Below the pieces are notes generated by a model. It was not told the origin of the DNA and made no database searches. It worked only from the letters and a program-made list of their open reading frames with translations. A DNA stretch of 64,000 bases. It comes from Raja brachyura (lineage: Eukaryota). The stretch is from NCBI GenBank assembly GCA_963514005.1, contig OY740784.1, positions 92,814,001-92,878,000 of the forward strand, written 5' to 3'. Numbering within the stretch: position 1 is the stretch's first letter; each line of letters begins with the position of its first letter. The position numbers and the translations under genes were made by a program. Positions 14,301-26,689 of this stretch are shown piece by piece.

Positions 14301-15310
14301 GGTGTCTCTAGGTGTGATTGCTACCGTCGCTGACCCCTCGGATTAAGTCTCCACCATGGTTGTGACAACGAAGAAGAATAAAGACGAAATACAGATTTGT
14401 ATCAATCCTAAGGACTTATACACAGTTTTTAAACAACCTCACTATCCCATGCGCACTGTGGATGAGATTGCAGCGCAGATGGCTGAGGCAACTGCATTCA
14501 CTGTTCTAGATGCCAAGCGTTCATTCTGGCAGATTTCGCTGGAACACAACTCCTCCAAGTTAACCACCTTCAGCACACCGTTTGGGCCTTACAGATCTCT
14601 TTGCATGCCTTTTCGCATAAGCTCTGCTAGTGAAGTATTTCAACAAGCTATGGAACAGTTGTTTGCAGGTTACCCATGCTCCATTGTAGTGGATGACATC
14701 CTCATTGCTGAACGAACTGTCGAAGAACACAATGGTAATCTGACAAAGGTCCGGGATCACGCCAAGGCCATTAACCTCAAGCTAAACCCTCAAAAATGCA
14801 AATTCAGGGTAAGTGAGGTGAAATACATAGGCCATGTGTTCACTAAGGACGGCCTAAAAATGGATCCAGCGAAAACCAGTGCCATCAACGAGCTCCCAGC
14901 ACCCACAGACGTGCTCGGTCTGCAGAGATTCCTTGGTATGGTTAACTACTTGAGCAAATTTATTCCGGACTTCAGTGAAATATCAGCCCCGTTGCGCCAG
15001 CTTACATACAAATACACTGCTTGGACCTGGCACGAGCAATAGCAGAGGACGTTCGACACTCTTAAGCAGCAGATGTCTTGTGCTCCTACTCTTGATTATT
15101 TTGATCCCACTTCTGACACCATGTCGAGGTCCTGAATAACTTAAGTCATGCAGAGTGATTAAGATCCAAAGACTTCATTAGCATCACAGCATTGGTAACT
15201 TCATCTTAGCACATAACTCAAGTAAGAGAGAAAGGACAGAGAAGCTTTCTGTTTAACTAGTGGGCGTAGCTACAAAGTGTGACTCATAACATGAGTGATA
15301 TTGATCTACA
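11327..15310 (-). mobile_element. Gypsy LTR retrotransposon with both LTRs and an inverted internal gag-PR-RT block
   Basis: Homologous LTRs 11327-11522 and 15122-15310 (TG...CA). PPT AAGAGGGAGGA at 11523-11533 and PBS at 15104-15121, both on minus. Integrase (HAGHPG, CAVC) is on minus, while gag CCHC, KVDTGA and RT VVDDIL are on plus. Confidence 0.92.
15104..15121 (-). promoter_or_regulatory. Primer-binding site complementary to the tRNA-Leu 3' end
   Basis: Plus strand ATCCCACTTCTGACACCA matches the 3' end of vertebrate tRNA-Leu(CAG/CAA) plus CCA and abuts the LTR. Confidence 0.85.
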
Positions 15311-16714
15311 AATTCTTTGAAAATTATTTCCTGGTATCAGTGGCACAAAACTATTTGCATTTTTTTCCAGTAGAGGCAGCCACACCTCACAACAAGGGAT
15401 GGGGGGAGGAGTACAATTTGCACACAACATCAAACAACGAATATGCAATTATGTTGCTGTCCAGGGGGCAGTCATCACAGAAACTTTTACATGATTTATG
15501 CACAGTATCGCCAACCCCTCAAGAACATTCTACAAACCTGCAGGACTTTGTTGCCAGCACTCTTGGCAGCGAAATCAGAGACGCAATAAAATAAATTACA
15601 CCTGTAAAACAAAGTTGTAAACTTTCATTAATTAGTTAGAAAAGTAAAGGGGTTGGGGATCAATCAATTACTAATTGCAATTGCAATTACAATTACTAAT
15701 TAGTGGTGCTTGCTCGAAGGGCCGAATGGCCTCCTCCTGCACCTATTTTCTAATTAGGTGGTAAAGTCTATTTAATTTTCAAATAGCATTGTAAATGTTT
15801 TCTCTAAACCCTTCACACCTCTCTCTCCTTTTAACTTGCTCAATAAAACCTATCCCTTTGACCACATTTTTAATCCCACCTTCTAACATCTTTCCATGTG
15901 GCTTGGTGTCCATGTTTTGATCACTCATGTGAAGTCCTCCTGAATGTTATGTTTCTTTCTCATTTGAAGTGCAACATAAGTGCATGTGTTTGCTGTGCAT
16001 GTATGCTGACACCTGATTAAAATTAAGTGAGTCAGCATGGTCCGGGAAGTGAACCAACGATTTTTCTGACCAGTGGGATTTACTGGATAAACTGCTCCAT
16101 GCAAATCATTGTAGGTTTTTATAATGCTGCTAGTATAGTCATTCATTTGAAGTAGTGCATAGAGGCCCTAAATAGTGAAAGGTGTGTTTCTTCTTTGCGT
16201 GTATGTAAATGATTCCCATGTAAATTATACCCATCAGGAAAATATAAACATTTTATGATTAACAAGTTCATTTTAAAAATTACTACGTTGTCTTCTTTTT
16301 GTGACCCACGGTTCTGATCATATAACAATAATTTGTCACTTGGTTGTGAACTGTTTTAAAAAGTAGCTCTTTTACTATGAGATTTCCACATTGGCTACAG
16401 TGAAAGCTAATTTTACCTTTTAAAATCCTAACATTCACATTTCTCCCACTGTCAGCATGTCTCAATCTCCATAGCAGTGCTGGTTTCATTCTGCAGCAGG
16501 GATGAGTTTGTTAGTCAGGTCATCAATGAAGCTAATCAGATGGAAAAAGTGAGTGAGTGTGGTGAACCTGTAGACATCAAGTCCTTGAATAAATTTCGAA
16601 CCATAAAAGTCTTCGAGGTATGGAGGAGGTTCAGCCATGATTATATTGAATAGCAGGTCAGGCTTGAAGGCCCAAATAGCCTACTTATGCTGCTATCCTT
16701 TTATAGCATCCCAG

Positions 16715-17040
16715 AAACATGCAGCATAAAAACAAACCCTTTGGCCCACTTAGTCTGCACCCACCATGTACCCACTTACACTAATCCTGCAAAAATCCCA
16801 TTATATTCCCCCACATTCCCTTAAACTCCCTCCAGATTCCGCCACAGAGCTTACATGTATGGGCAACTTACAGTGGCTGATTAAAGTATCATCATGCATG
16901 TATTTAGGATACAGGAGAGAACAGAAGAATGGTCATAGGGAGAACATGCAAAATTCAAGCAGATAGCAGTCGTCAGGATTGAATGCCGGGCCGTAGAGGC
17001 TATGGAACTGCAGTACTATAGCTGTAGCACTGCACCGCCC
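16715..17040 (-). mobile_element. tRNA-derived SINE, diverged copy
   Basis: Same tail (ccctttggccca), core and B-box complement (gtcaggattgaa) as the other SINE copies. Confidence 0.65.
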
Positions 17041-17076
17041 TTTCTATGTGTGCCTTGTTAGAAATTTTAATAATAT

Positions 17077-17848
17077 ACTTGAGACACATTGGGCTGGTCC
17101 CGAAATGCAATATTCCACCACTCACCCATAGCCACCAACTGCGCAGGCGTGGCTGACGAGTTCCCATTGTGACGCCAGAGATCCCCGTGATGACGCACGT
17201 GACGGCAACCATCCCCCCAACTGCGCCTCGCCAACCATCGTCCTACCCCTCTTCTCCTCCGTTCCCCCTCATCCCCCAACACTCCCTCCCCCTCCTCTTC
17301 ACCGTCTTCTTTCCCCTCTCCTCCTTCCCTCCCTCCCCTCTCCCTCCCTATACTTTCCCCTACCCTCAGTCACTCCCTCCCTCCATAACCACTATCCCCT
17401 CCCTACCCCCTCTCCTCTCCCTCTATCTCCTTGTTCCCCCACTTATCACCTCGCCCATGTCCCACTCCCCCACTGAACACAATGGTTAAATAAAATGTCT
17501 CCTCTTCCACTCCCTCCCTCTCCTTACAACAATGTAATAAATCTCTCATTGCACTGGGTGGAACAATGTTGACAGGCACTTTATGTAAATGAAATCCCCA
17601 CTGCAACTTGAAATGATTTTTCTCAAACTGGATTTTGTAAAGTTAAAATTGTGAGTAACTTGTAAAATATACCATCAATCTGAACAGAACTTGATACACC
17701 ACACCCACAGGACAATGATGAGTAAGGTGGTCCAAAAATTGTAGCTATCGTGTACCATTTTGGCGTAATTCAGGACCACACAGACACATAAACGCACAGA
17801 CAGACAGAGATAGAGACACACAAGATGAGAGTTTTAGTAATATATAGA
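17077..17848 (-). mobile_element. Non-autonomous Helitron-like element
   Basis: Minus strand starts A|TCTATATATTACTAAAACTCTCATCTTG (Helitron 5'-TC after an A). Shares cccattgtgacg and gcaatattccac-like motifs in opposite orientation with the CTAG-ending element at 52587-53415. 3' end is degenerate. Confidence 0.6.
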
Positions 17849-17851
17849 TGC

Positions 17852-19040
17852 GGCACATGTAGATGCTGCTCATGGAGGGGAGAGTTGTGCCTGCGATGGA
17901 CTGGCTGAGACCACCATTCTCTGCAGTGTCTCGCATTCTCTTTGTGATGGAATTGCCATACCGGGCCCTGATGCAACCTGCCAGGATACTTTATACAGTG
18001 CATCTGTGGAAATTTGTTAAGAGTATTTAGTGACAAGCTGAATCTCTTTGCGTTTCTAAGAAAGTAGAAGCCTTCTTCATAATTATATCTATATGTTGAA
18101 ACAGAAAATAGATTAATGCCCAGGAATTTGAAGCTGCAAACTCTCCCCACCGCTGACCCAATAATGAAACCTGGCATGTGGTTTTCCGATTAGTTCCTTT
18201 GTTTTGTTGATGATAAGAGAGAGATTGTTGTAGCACGATTCAACCATGTGTTCTATCTCTCTGCTTTATGCTGACTCATCACCATGATTCCCCCACAGAG
18301 GAGATCTGTGAATTTGTAGATGACATTGGAGAGATGAGGAGGAATTTCTTTAGCCGTGGTGTATCCGTGAAATTCATTGCCACATACGGTTGCGGAGGAC
18401 AAGTCATTGGGTATTTTTGAAGTAGAGTCAAAAGTCAAACAAACTTTATTGTAATTTAGAAATACATTGATGTATGCAGTTCCAAACAAAATTATGTTGC
18501 ATTTGGCTCCCTGTGCAACACAATAAATTAACAGAAGGATAGGCATGGATAAAAAGGATAAAAGGATAAATAGACAACGGTGGCAGCCCATTACATGGCA
18601 TTCAGGAGTCTGATGGCTCGTGGGAAGAAGCTGTTGCAGAACCTTGATGTTCTGCTCCTTATGCTGCGATATCTTTTGCCCGAGGGCAGCAGAGTGAACA
18701 GACCGTGATGGAGATGTGTGGGGTCTTTTATAATACTGCTGGCCTTAGACACGCAACGTTTGGTCGCAATATCCCCGATTGAGGGGAGAGAGGTCCCGAT
18801 GATTTTTTCCGCTGTCCTCACCAATCTCTGCACAGACTTCCAGTCGGAGGCTCTACAGTCCCCAAACCAGACAGAGATACAGCTGGTCAGAATACTCTCT
18901 ATGGTGCCCCTGTAGAAAGTAGTGAGGATGGGATGGGGGAGATGAGCTCTTCTCATCCGGCGCAAAAAGTGCAACCGCTGCTGCGCTCTCTTAACTGTTG
19001 ATGAGATGTTATTCGACCAGGTCAGACTGTTAGTGATCTG
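17852..19040 (-). mobile_element. Two Rex1/Babar-type LINE 3' fragments (about 17852-18320 and 18425-19040)
   Basis: Peptides SFKFLGINL...FYFLR and HFLRRMRRAHLPHPILTTFYRGTIESILTSCISVWFG...LLPSGKRYRS...NSFFPRAIRLLN. Confidence 0.8.
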
Positions 19041-19329
19041 CAGAGATTGATGGGTTCTCGATTAGTAATGGTGTCAAAGGTAGAAACGAATAATTGCAGA
19101 TGCTGGTTAATACAGAAAAGGACACAGTGCTAGAGCAAGTCAATCAGCATTTCTGGAGAACATGGATAGGTGATATTTAGCGTCAAGACCCTTTTTCAGA
19201 CTCAAAGGTTACGTGCAGAATGCAGGAGAATGGGGTTGAGAGGGAATGGCAGATCAGCCATGATTGAATGGTAGAACACACTCGATTAACCCGAATGACC
19301 TAATTCTGCCACTATGATCTCATGTGTTT

Positions 19330-20130
19330 AGCTACATGGTCAGGGGTGTACAGTAAGTAGAACGGGGTCTGAGCAGATGAGGTGCATCACTGTTTAGAGT
19401 TAGTGAGGAGATGTTCTTACTGATCCACACTGATTGAGGTCTGTCAATGATGAAGTCAAAAATCCAGTAGCAAAAGAAGGTACAGAAACCCAGGTCTTGG
19501 AGTTCAGTGATGAGTTTGGAAGGGATGACAATGTTGAACACCGAGCTGTAATTGATGAATAGCAACCTGATGTATGAGTTCCTAGTATCCAGGTGGTCCA
19601 GAACACAGTGGAGAGGCAGTGAGATATCCTCTGCTGTTGACCTGTTCAGGGAATAGACAAAATGATGCAGATCCAGATCATTTCTGTGGCAGGAATGCCA
19701 CACCCAACCTCACAAAACATTGCATTGTGATGGATGCAAGTGCTAGTGAACGTTAGTTATTGAGACTGTTTACCATACTCTTCTTGGGCACCTGTAGAAT
19801 AATTGGCCTTTTGAAGTAGGTAGGGATGTCAGACCACAAAAGCGAGACGTTGAAGATGTCCTTGCATATTTAAACCAGTTGCTTCACATAGGCCTTTAGC
19901 ATTTGTCATGGGACGCTGTTTGGGCCAGACACGTTACATGGATTCACCCCCTAGAGGGATGCTCTGACATTGGCCTAAAAGACCTAGACTACAGAGTTTT
20001 CAGGGGGTGTGAGGGCTTGGGTATATGTGTAATTGTTCAACCTTTTAAAGTGTACAAAAGGCATTGAGCTCATCTGGAAGTGATTTGTCATTGCCACTTA
20101 TAGCACGTAGTTTTTCTTTATAGTTGGTGT
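19330..20130 (-). mobile_element. Rex1/Babar-type LINE RT fragment
   Basis: NRSTAEDISLPLHCVLDHLD...YIRLLFINYSSVFN. Confidence 0.75.
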
Positions 20131-20169
20131 GCATGGCTGTCGAACATCGCCTGTGACTCTTCCTGATGG

Positions 20170-21065
20170 TGACCCACGGAAAACATCTGGCCCAGACACA
20201 TTTTCTGGCAGTGTCCTTTGTAGCTGCATGGACCAGCTTGTGTGAGTATTCACAGACATCTTTAATCTCTCCCTACACCCTACTTATGAGGTACCCACCT
20301 GCTTCAAGAAGACCACCATCATCACTGTACTGAAGAAAAGCTAGATCGCATGACCGTCCAATGGCCTTGATGTCCATCATTATGAAATGCTTTGAGAGGC
20401 TAGTCATGGAACGCATTAAATCCAGTGAACCAAGCAGCCTTGAGCCACTGCAGTTTGCCTACTGCCACAACAGGTCCACAGACGATGCCTTCTCCCTGGC
20501 CCTACACTCATCCCTGGAACACTTGGGATCGTCAGACTCAGACTCCTATTCATAGACTACAGCTCTGCCTATAACACCATTACACCATCCAAGCTCATCA
20601 CCAAACTCGCGGGACTTGGAGTCAGCACTCATCTCTGCAAATGGATCCTCGACCTCCTGACGAACTGACCACAATCAGTGAGGATAGGGTACACATCTTC
20701 CTTTACTCTAATTCTCAACAAGGATACGTTCTCAGCCCCTTATTTATTCCTTACACACCCATGATGAGATGGAGGACAGGAGGAGATTGAGAACCTCGTG
20801 TCCTGGTGTTGAGATAACAACCTTTCTCTCAATGTCAGTAAGACAAAGAAGATAGTGATCGACTTCAGGAAACAAACTAGTACGCATAACCCGGTTTGCA
20901 TTAACAATAGAAATGGCTGAAAACTTCAAATTCCTAGGAGTAAATATCACCACCAACTTCTCCTGGTCCATCCATAATGAAGCAATGGCCAAGAAAACAC
21001 ACCAATGCCTCTAAATCCTTAGAAGGCTTAGGAAGTTTGGCATGCCCCAACAACTTTCGCAGATG
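20170..21065 (+). mobile_element. Rex1/Babar-type LINE RT fragment
   Basis: MKCFERLVM...[14 protein letters not shown], followed by FKFLGVNIT. Confidence 0.75.
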
Positions 21066-21573
21066 TAAAGTAAGCATGCAGGTAAATAGGCAGTGAAGAA
21101 AGTTAATGGCATGTTGGCCTTAATTGCTAGAGAATTTGAACATAGGAGCGAGATTCTACTGCAGTTGTACAGGGCCCTGGTGAGACTGCATCAGGAGTAT
21201 TGTGTGCAATTTTAGTCTCCAAATTTGAGGAAGGACATTATTGCTATGAGGGAGCGCATCATAGGTTCACCAGGTTAATTCCCGGGATGGCGGGCCTGAC
21301 ACATGATGAAAGAATGGGTCGACTGGGCTTGTATTCACTGGAATGTAGAAGGATGAGAGGGGATCTTATAGAAACATATACAATTCTAAAAGGATTGAGC
21401 AGGCTAGATGCAGGAAATCTTTTCCTGATGTTGGGGAAGTTCAGAACCAGGGGGCACAGTTTAAGAATAAGGGCATAGGACTTAGATGAGGAACATTTTT
21501 TACCCAGAGAGTTGTGAATCTGGGGAATTCTCTACCACAGAAGGCAGTGGAGCCCAATTCAGTGGATGTTTTC
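21066..21573 (+). mobile_element. CR1 LINE 3' fragment
   Basis: [11 protein letters not shown]...[19 protein letters not shown]...RTRGHSL. Confidence 0.85.
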
Positions 21574-22230
21574 GAAAAAAATCGCTACCAGAACAAAAGT
21601 TCAAATCTCTTCCCTTCTAGGCTCTCCATTGACAGGACGATCTTGACTCCCGCAGCCGGCGATGTTTGGGCCCTCCGTATCGGGGCGATCAGCTCCTGCA
21701 TTGGGGGATGTCACCTCCCCCACGCCAGGCAATCTGACTCCGGGTCAGGGCTGGTCAAGCCTCTGCACGGTGGAGCTCCCGACTAGCCTCTCCCGAGACT
21801 GCGAGCTCGCGATGGTAAAATCCGCAGGCCGCGGGTGGAGCAATCCCAGGCAAGGGATCGACTCTGATGTTAATTCCACGCCCCGCGGTGGGGCCCAAAG
21901 TCAGTCTGAGGAGGCCTCCAGCTCCATCGATGGTAGGCTGCACATCTGCCGGAGATGCCAGCCGGCAAATAATCACATCTCCGGCAAGGTAAGAAACTGA
22001 AAAAAAGATTCCTCCAAACCCCATCCCCTTCCCCCCCACATAAAGCAAACTGGGGAATATTTATACAAACTTTTAACACACACAAAATTTTTTTTTTTTT
22101 TTTAAAGACGAAAAAACAGACATACTGTTGGCGGGACTACCAATCGTTCGGCGTCCCTGGTGCACTCTTTTGCAGTTTTCGATGATTCAATGATACTTCA
22201 ATGTTACTTAACTGTCATAAATTCTTTTGT

Positions 22231-22360
22231 TTAAGAAGGAACTGCAGATGCTGGAACATCGACGGTAGATAAAAATGCTGGAGAAACTCAGCGGGTGCGG
22301 CAGCATCTACGGAGCGAAGGAAACAGGCAACGTTTCGGGCCAAAACCCTTCTTCAGAGTC
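22231..22360 (-). mobile_element. Penelope-derived terminal repeat unit with minimal hammerhead motif (copy 1)
   Basis: Minus strand CTGAAGA-AGGGTTTTGGCCC-GAAACGTT at 22329-22356. The same unit restarts at 22396. Confidence 0.7.
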
Positions 22361-22456
22361 CTTGAGGAGATTTTGCAGTGGAGTAGACAAAATATTTAAG
22401 AAGGAACTGCAGATGCTGGAAAATCGAAGGTAGATAAAAATGCTGGAGAAACTCAG

Positions 22457-23391
22457 AAAAATTGATATCATATATTTATAATATTTTATTAGAAAATGAT
22501 GTACCAACAACAGAAACATATAGGCAATCATGGGAAAATGAATTTGGTCAAACAATTAGACCAGAAATATGGAATGAAAGTTTACAAAATATACATCATT
22601 GTTCGTTAAATGCTAGACACATCTTGATACAATTTAAAGTACTACATAGATTACATTATTCCAAATCAAAATTACATAGAATTTTTTCAAATATACCAGC
22701 CATGTGTGATAAATGTCAACAATTAGAAGCTAATCTAACGCACTCATTCACAAACTGTATAAAAATTACTAACTTTTGGGCAGAAATTTTTAAGATAATT
22801 TCGAATGTTGTTAATACAAATTTGCTTCCTGACACAAAATTAATAATATTATGAATATTAGAAACAGATCAATTAATAACAATAAATCAAAGAAGTTTTA
22901 TTGATTACAGTTTAATAATTGGGAAAAAACTAATATTGAAATTTTGGAAAGGTCCTACATCCCCCGCAATCAAAATGTGGATCACTGAAATGTCGGAGAC
23001 ACTTCATCTGGAAAGATTAAGACTTGTCCTTCTGGACAAGTTGGATCAATTCAGAGGGATATGGTCTCCATTTATTGAATATTTAAAGGGTCAAAGTGGT
23101 TTGGTGCGAGAACCTGACTGATGCCTGGACGAAGAAATAGACGAAGATTTACATATAATAACCCATGATATATCTCCAATGATGTACAAACTGCTTAATA
23201 CTTCATTCATCTTTCTGAATCTCTATCTTTATTTAATTTCTCTCTTTTATTTCCTATCTATAATAAAAATGAAAAACTCATACAAGTACAAATTAGAAAT
23301 AATTGTTAATATTAATAATATTAAGAATGTATATGACATGTATATCCTTATCTTGATATGTACTTCTAATAAAAAATATTTAACTAAGAAA
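22457..23391 (+). mobile_element. L1-clade LINE 3' fragment with poly(A) and a 21-bp TSD
   Basis: ORF2 C-terminal Zn-binding region (QFKVLHRLHY...CDKC...H..C), AATAAA and an A tail. Flanked by AAAAATGCTGGAGAAACTCAG at 22436-22456 and 23392-23412. Confidence 0.88.
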
Positions 23392-23449
23392 AAAAATGCT
23401 GGAGAAACTCAGCGGGTGCGGCAGATTCTATGGAGTGAAGGAAATAGGC

Positions 23450-23477
23450 AACGTTTCGGGCCGAAACCCTTCTTCAG
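23450..23477 (-). ncRNA. Putative minimal type I hammerhead ribozyme core (Penelope-associated)
   Basis: CUGAAGA, helix II GGGU-UUCG-GCCC, GAA, palindromic ACGU, then U. Helix I could not be confirmed by eye. Confidence 0.55.
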
Positions 23478-23480
23478 TCT

Positions 23481-24660
23481 GACTGCTTTGCAAATCCACA
23501 CTCTGTGAAGAGGTGGGCAACCGTCTCCTCTCCAAAGCAGCCGTCCTGAGGGCAGCGAGCGCTGGGGAGTGAGGTTCCGATGGTGCAGGAAGGATCTGAC
23601 AGGGAGGGCTCCCGTCACCGCCACCCAAGCCAGATCTTGGTGCTTGTTGGTGAGTTCTGGCAATGAGACATTTTGCCAGACAAGCTGGGTAGTCTGCTCT
23701 GGGAACCATGCCGCAGGATCCAAGGAGTCATTTCCCTGCAGGGCGTTCCGTGGGACCACTGTCTGATGGACTTGTGGTCAAAGGTGTTGGTCCAGAAGAA
23801 CCTTTCCACAAATGACAGATTGTGCCTGCTGAGATGCTCTTGACTGGTGTCTTCTGGTTTTGTAGATGGTGAAGATGCTGCCAAAGATTGATCCAGCTTC
23901 GTATATGTAGGTGCAGTCTTCATCTTTGGGAGAAGCAACAGTATTTAGTAAATTTACAGAATGGGAGGGCCTTGAGCAGAGTTTCCACTCCCATTTACCC
24001 GTTCACACAATTTCCCCCCCATTGCTCATTGCTGCAGATCAATTTTGACAATGAGTTGGACGGCAGTTTACTGCATTTCAGTGGTCAAGGCAGTGAGGAT
24101 AGACACGCATCATCGTGAGCAGGGAGGGCCATTGAGACTGAGGAGTGTCTACGAGAGCAATCCAACGGTTGGGGGGGGGGGGGGGGCGCTGAGAATGTAG
24201 GGAAGCCCAGAAGGGGCAGACGAGAACAAATGGGAGGACTCAGCGGAGGGCTGCTGGGAATGAAGGAATGAAGAGTGGACACGTCGGGGGATCACCAAGA
24301 ATGAAGGTGTGCAGTGGTCCCGAGTCTCCCGATCGAGGGGGGCGGTCAGTCGCTGGTGTGCATTCGCACCCAGTTGGCAGCTCTCTGCCTCAGGACACTG
24401 CAGAGATACCTGTGCTCAGGACGACCTCCCAGGTGGCACGTGCTGGTGACGCGCTTTTTCCAACGGGGCCACTGCCTTCACGGTGATCTCGATGGTGCGC
24501 GTCAGCCGTGCCGTCCTGCCGCGGATGCCCGGCTTCTACCGGGAGTTGTTGAGAGTTTGGAACCTGCTTGCCATCGACCGGACCCCTCTCCGCTGGAGGC
24601 GGACGATGGCTTGAGCCATCAGGTAGCGGGGGGGGCTCAAACATGTGGCGTACTTGCAGC
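23481..24660 (-). mobile_element. Tx1/L1-clade LINE ORF2 fragments, interrupted
   Basis: LPELTNKHQDLAWVAVTGALPVRSFLHHRNL...C..C...HLF and further ORF2-like pieces, with an unrelated segment in the middle. Confidence 0.65.
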
Positions 24661-24859
24661 CAAAGATTATAGAGGAGCAAGATAGACCACTCCTCCGAAA
24701 TTCTGGTGTGTAGTACGCAACGGAACGTCACGGCCGCCATTTTGGACTGCCTCCCTCTGTGTAATCCGCTCCAAAGCTACAGAGCAGTTGTAAGCAAAGA
24801 TTATAGAGGAGCAAGATGCATCATAAAGTTATTGGATTTATTTGTAATATATCTTTACT

Positions 24860-25145
24860 TACCTCTGGACCTCCTTCTCTTCTCCCTATCTCTCTCGTTT
24901 CCCCTCCCTCTCTCGATCCCCCTCCCCCGATCCCCCTCGATGTCTCTCTCCCCCTCTCTTCTCTCCCCTCTCGATCTCCCTCTTCTCTCGATCTCCCTCT
25001 CTCCCCTCTCGATCTCTCTCCCCCCTCTCGATCTCTCTCTCTCCCCTCAATCTCCCTCCCTCCTTCCCTCTCTCTCCTTCTCTCGCTCTCCCTCCCTTCC
25101 CTCTCTCCTTCCCTTTCCCCTCGCATCTTTCCTTCCCAGCCCCCA
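24860..25145. repeat. CT-rich low-complexity tract with recurrent CTCGATCTC
   Basis: Pyrimidine tract seen directly. It generates spurious Pro/Ser/Leu and Arg/Glu/Gly ORFs. Confidence 0.9.
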
Positions 25146-25419
25146 CTTTTGCGTATTTTCCCTTGCATTGTATTGTGCAACTTCCCTTGTATTGCTTTAA
25201 CACACACTGTGCACAAAATTACAGGCACACACAAACACACATCCATATACATATATGGTGGGACAGGCCCTTGAGAGATTTCCTTCTCATGGATCAGAAG
25301 CAACTGTTTTAAAGCATCACTATAACTCTCTATCTTATTTGTCAAATGGTGTACATAAACCATATATGCATACATACATATACATATACATGCATATTTA
25401 CACATACATATATATGATA

Positions 25420-26050
25420 ATTTTCCAATGTTCAATAGATTTAGGATCAGTTCTTGTGGATTGGAGGATAGCTAATGTTATCCCACTTTTCAAGAAAGGA
25501 GTGAGAGAGAAAACAGGGAATTACAGGCCAGTTAGCCTGGCTTCGGTGGTGGGAAAGATGCTGGAGTCAATTATTAAAGATGTAATAATGGGGCATTTGG
25601 ATAGCAGTAAAAGGATTAGTCCAAGTCAGCATTTATGAAAGGAAAATCATGTTTGACTAATCTTCTGGAATTTTTTGCCACAAGGCTCGGTGTTGGGTTC
25701 GCAACTGTTTACCATATATATTAATGATTTTGAAGAGGTAAATAGGACCAGACTGATTCCTGGGATGGCAGGATTACATATGAAGGAATGGATAAACTTG
25801 GCTTGTACTCGCTGGAATTTAGCAGATTGAGGGGGGGATCTTATAGAGACTTACAAAATTCTTAAGGGGTTGGACAGGCTAGATGCAGGAAGATTGTTCC
25901 CAATGTTGGGGAACTCCAGAACAGGGGGTCACAGTTTAAGGATAAGGGGGAAGTCTTTTAGGACCGAGATGAGAAGATCTTTTTTCACACAGCGAGTGGT
26001 GAGTCTGTGGAATTCTCTGACGGCTGGAACCGATATTGCACCAACTCACT
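25420..26050 (+). mobile_element. CR1 LINE fragment with internal deletions
   Basis: DWRIANVIPLFKKGVREKTGNYRPVSL jumps to MDRLDAGRLFPML...FFTQRVVSLWNSL. Confidence 0.85.
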
Positions 26051-26689
26051 CAATTTTAAATAAATCATAATAGAGATCTATTAACATGGTTTACACTTTA
26101 TTTCTGACATACATGGTAAGATTTACATAATTCACATTATTCTGTGCGCGAGATATACAGGGTTGCAGTGTTCAGCATATCAGCTAACCAATGAAAGTGA
26201 TGTACAATTCAACGTATGTAACACAATGATAGCCCCACCCCTTCTTACACCATAGAGCAAAACGTCCAACATAGATACAATAATAAATAAATCGCCATTT
26301 GCATTGTTTTGTGCAGTTAACAAATCACAATTTGACACAATGTACATAAGACAGCAGTTATTTGACATGGATCATGTCTACTGACGACGTCTGAAATTAC
26401 AGAAAATATCATGCAGTCAATATGTTCTTATTCTGCATTAAATAACAGAGAAAGAAAATGCTCTTGAGGAGAAGATTTTAACAAGGATGTTGCCATGAGG
26501 ACTCGACTATCTGAGCTCAATGATCTAACTACAGTGAGAGATTGAACAAGCTAAATAAAATTTTCAATATGCCACAGAAGAAATAAATGATTTCTTACCT
26601 TTCCTCCTTAATGGGGAACCTGAAGAAAGACAAGTCGGGATGCCTACATTGCCGATTGGCAATTGTTTTTCGCAGGAGAGGTCAATCTT

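Noticed and set aside
24706-25435. Long Pro/Ser/Leu- and Arg/Glu/Gly-rich ORFs (similar ones at 17169, 38295 and 52486)
   Set aside because: They are products of CT/GA low-complexity tracts that lack stop codons.
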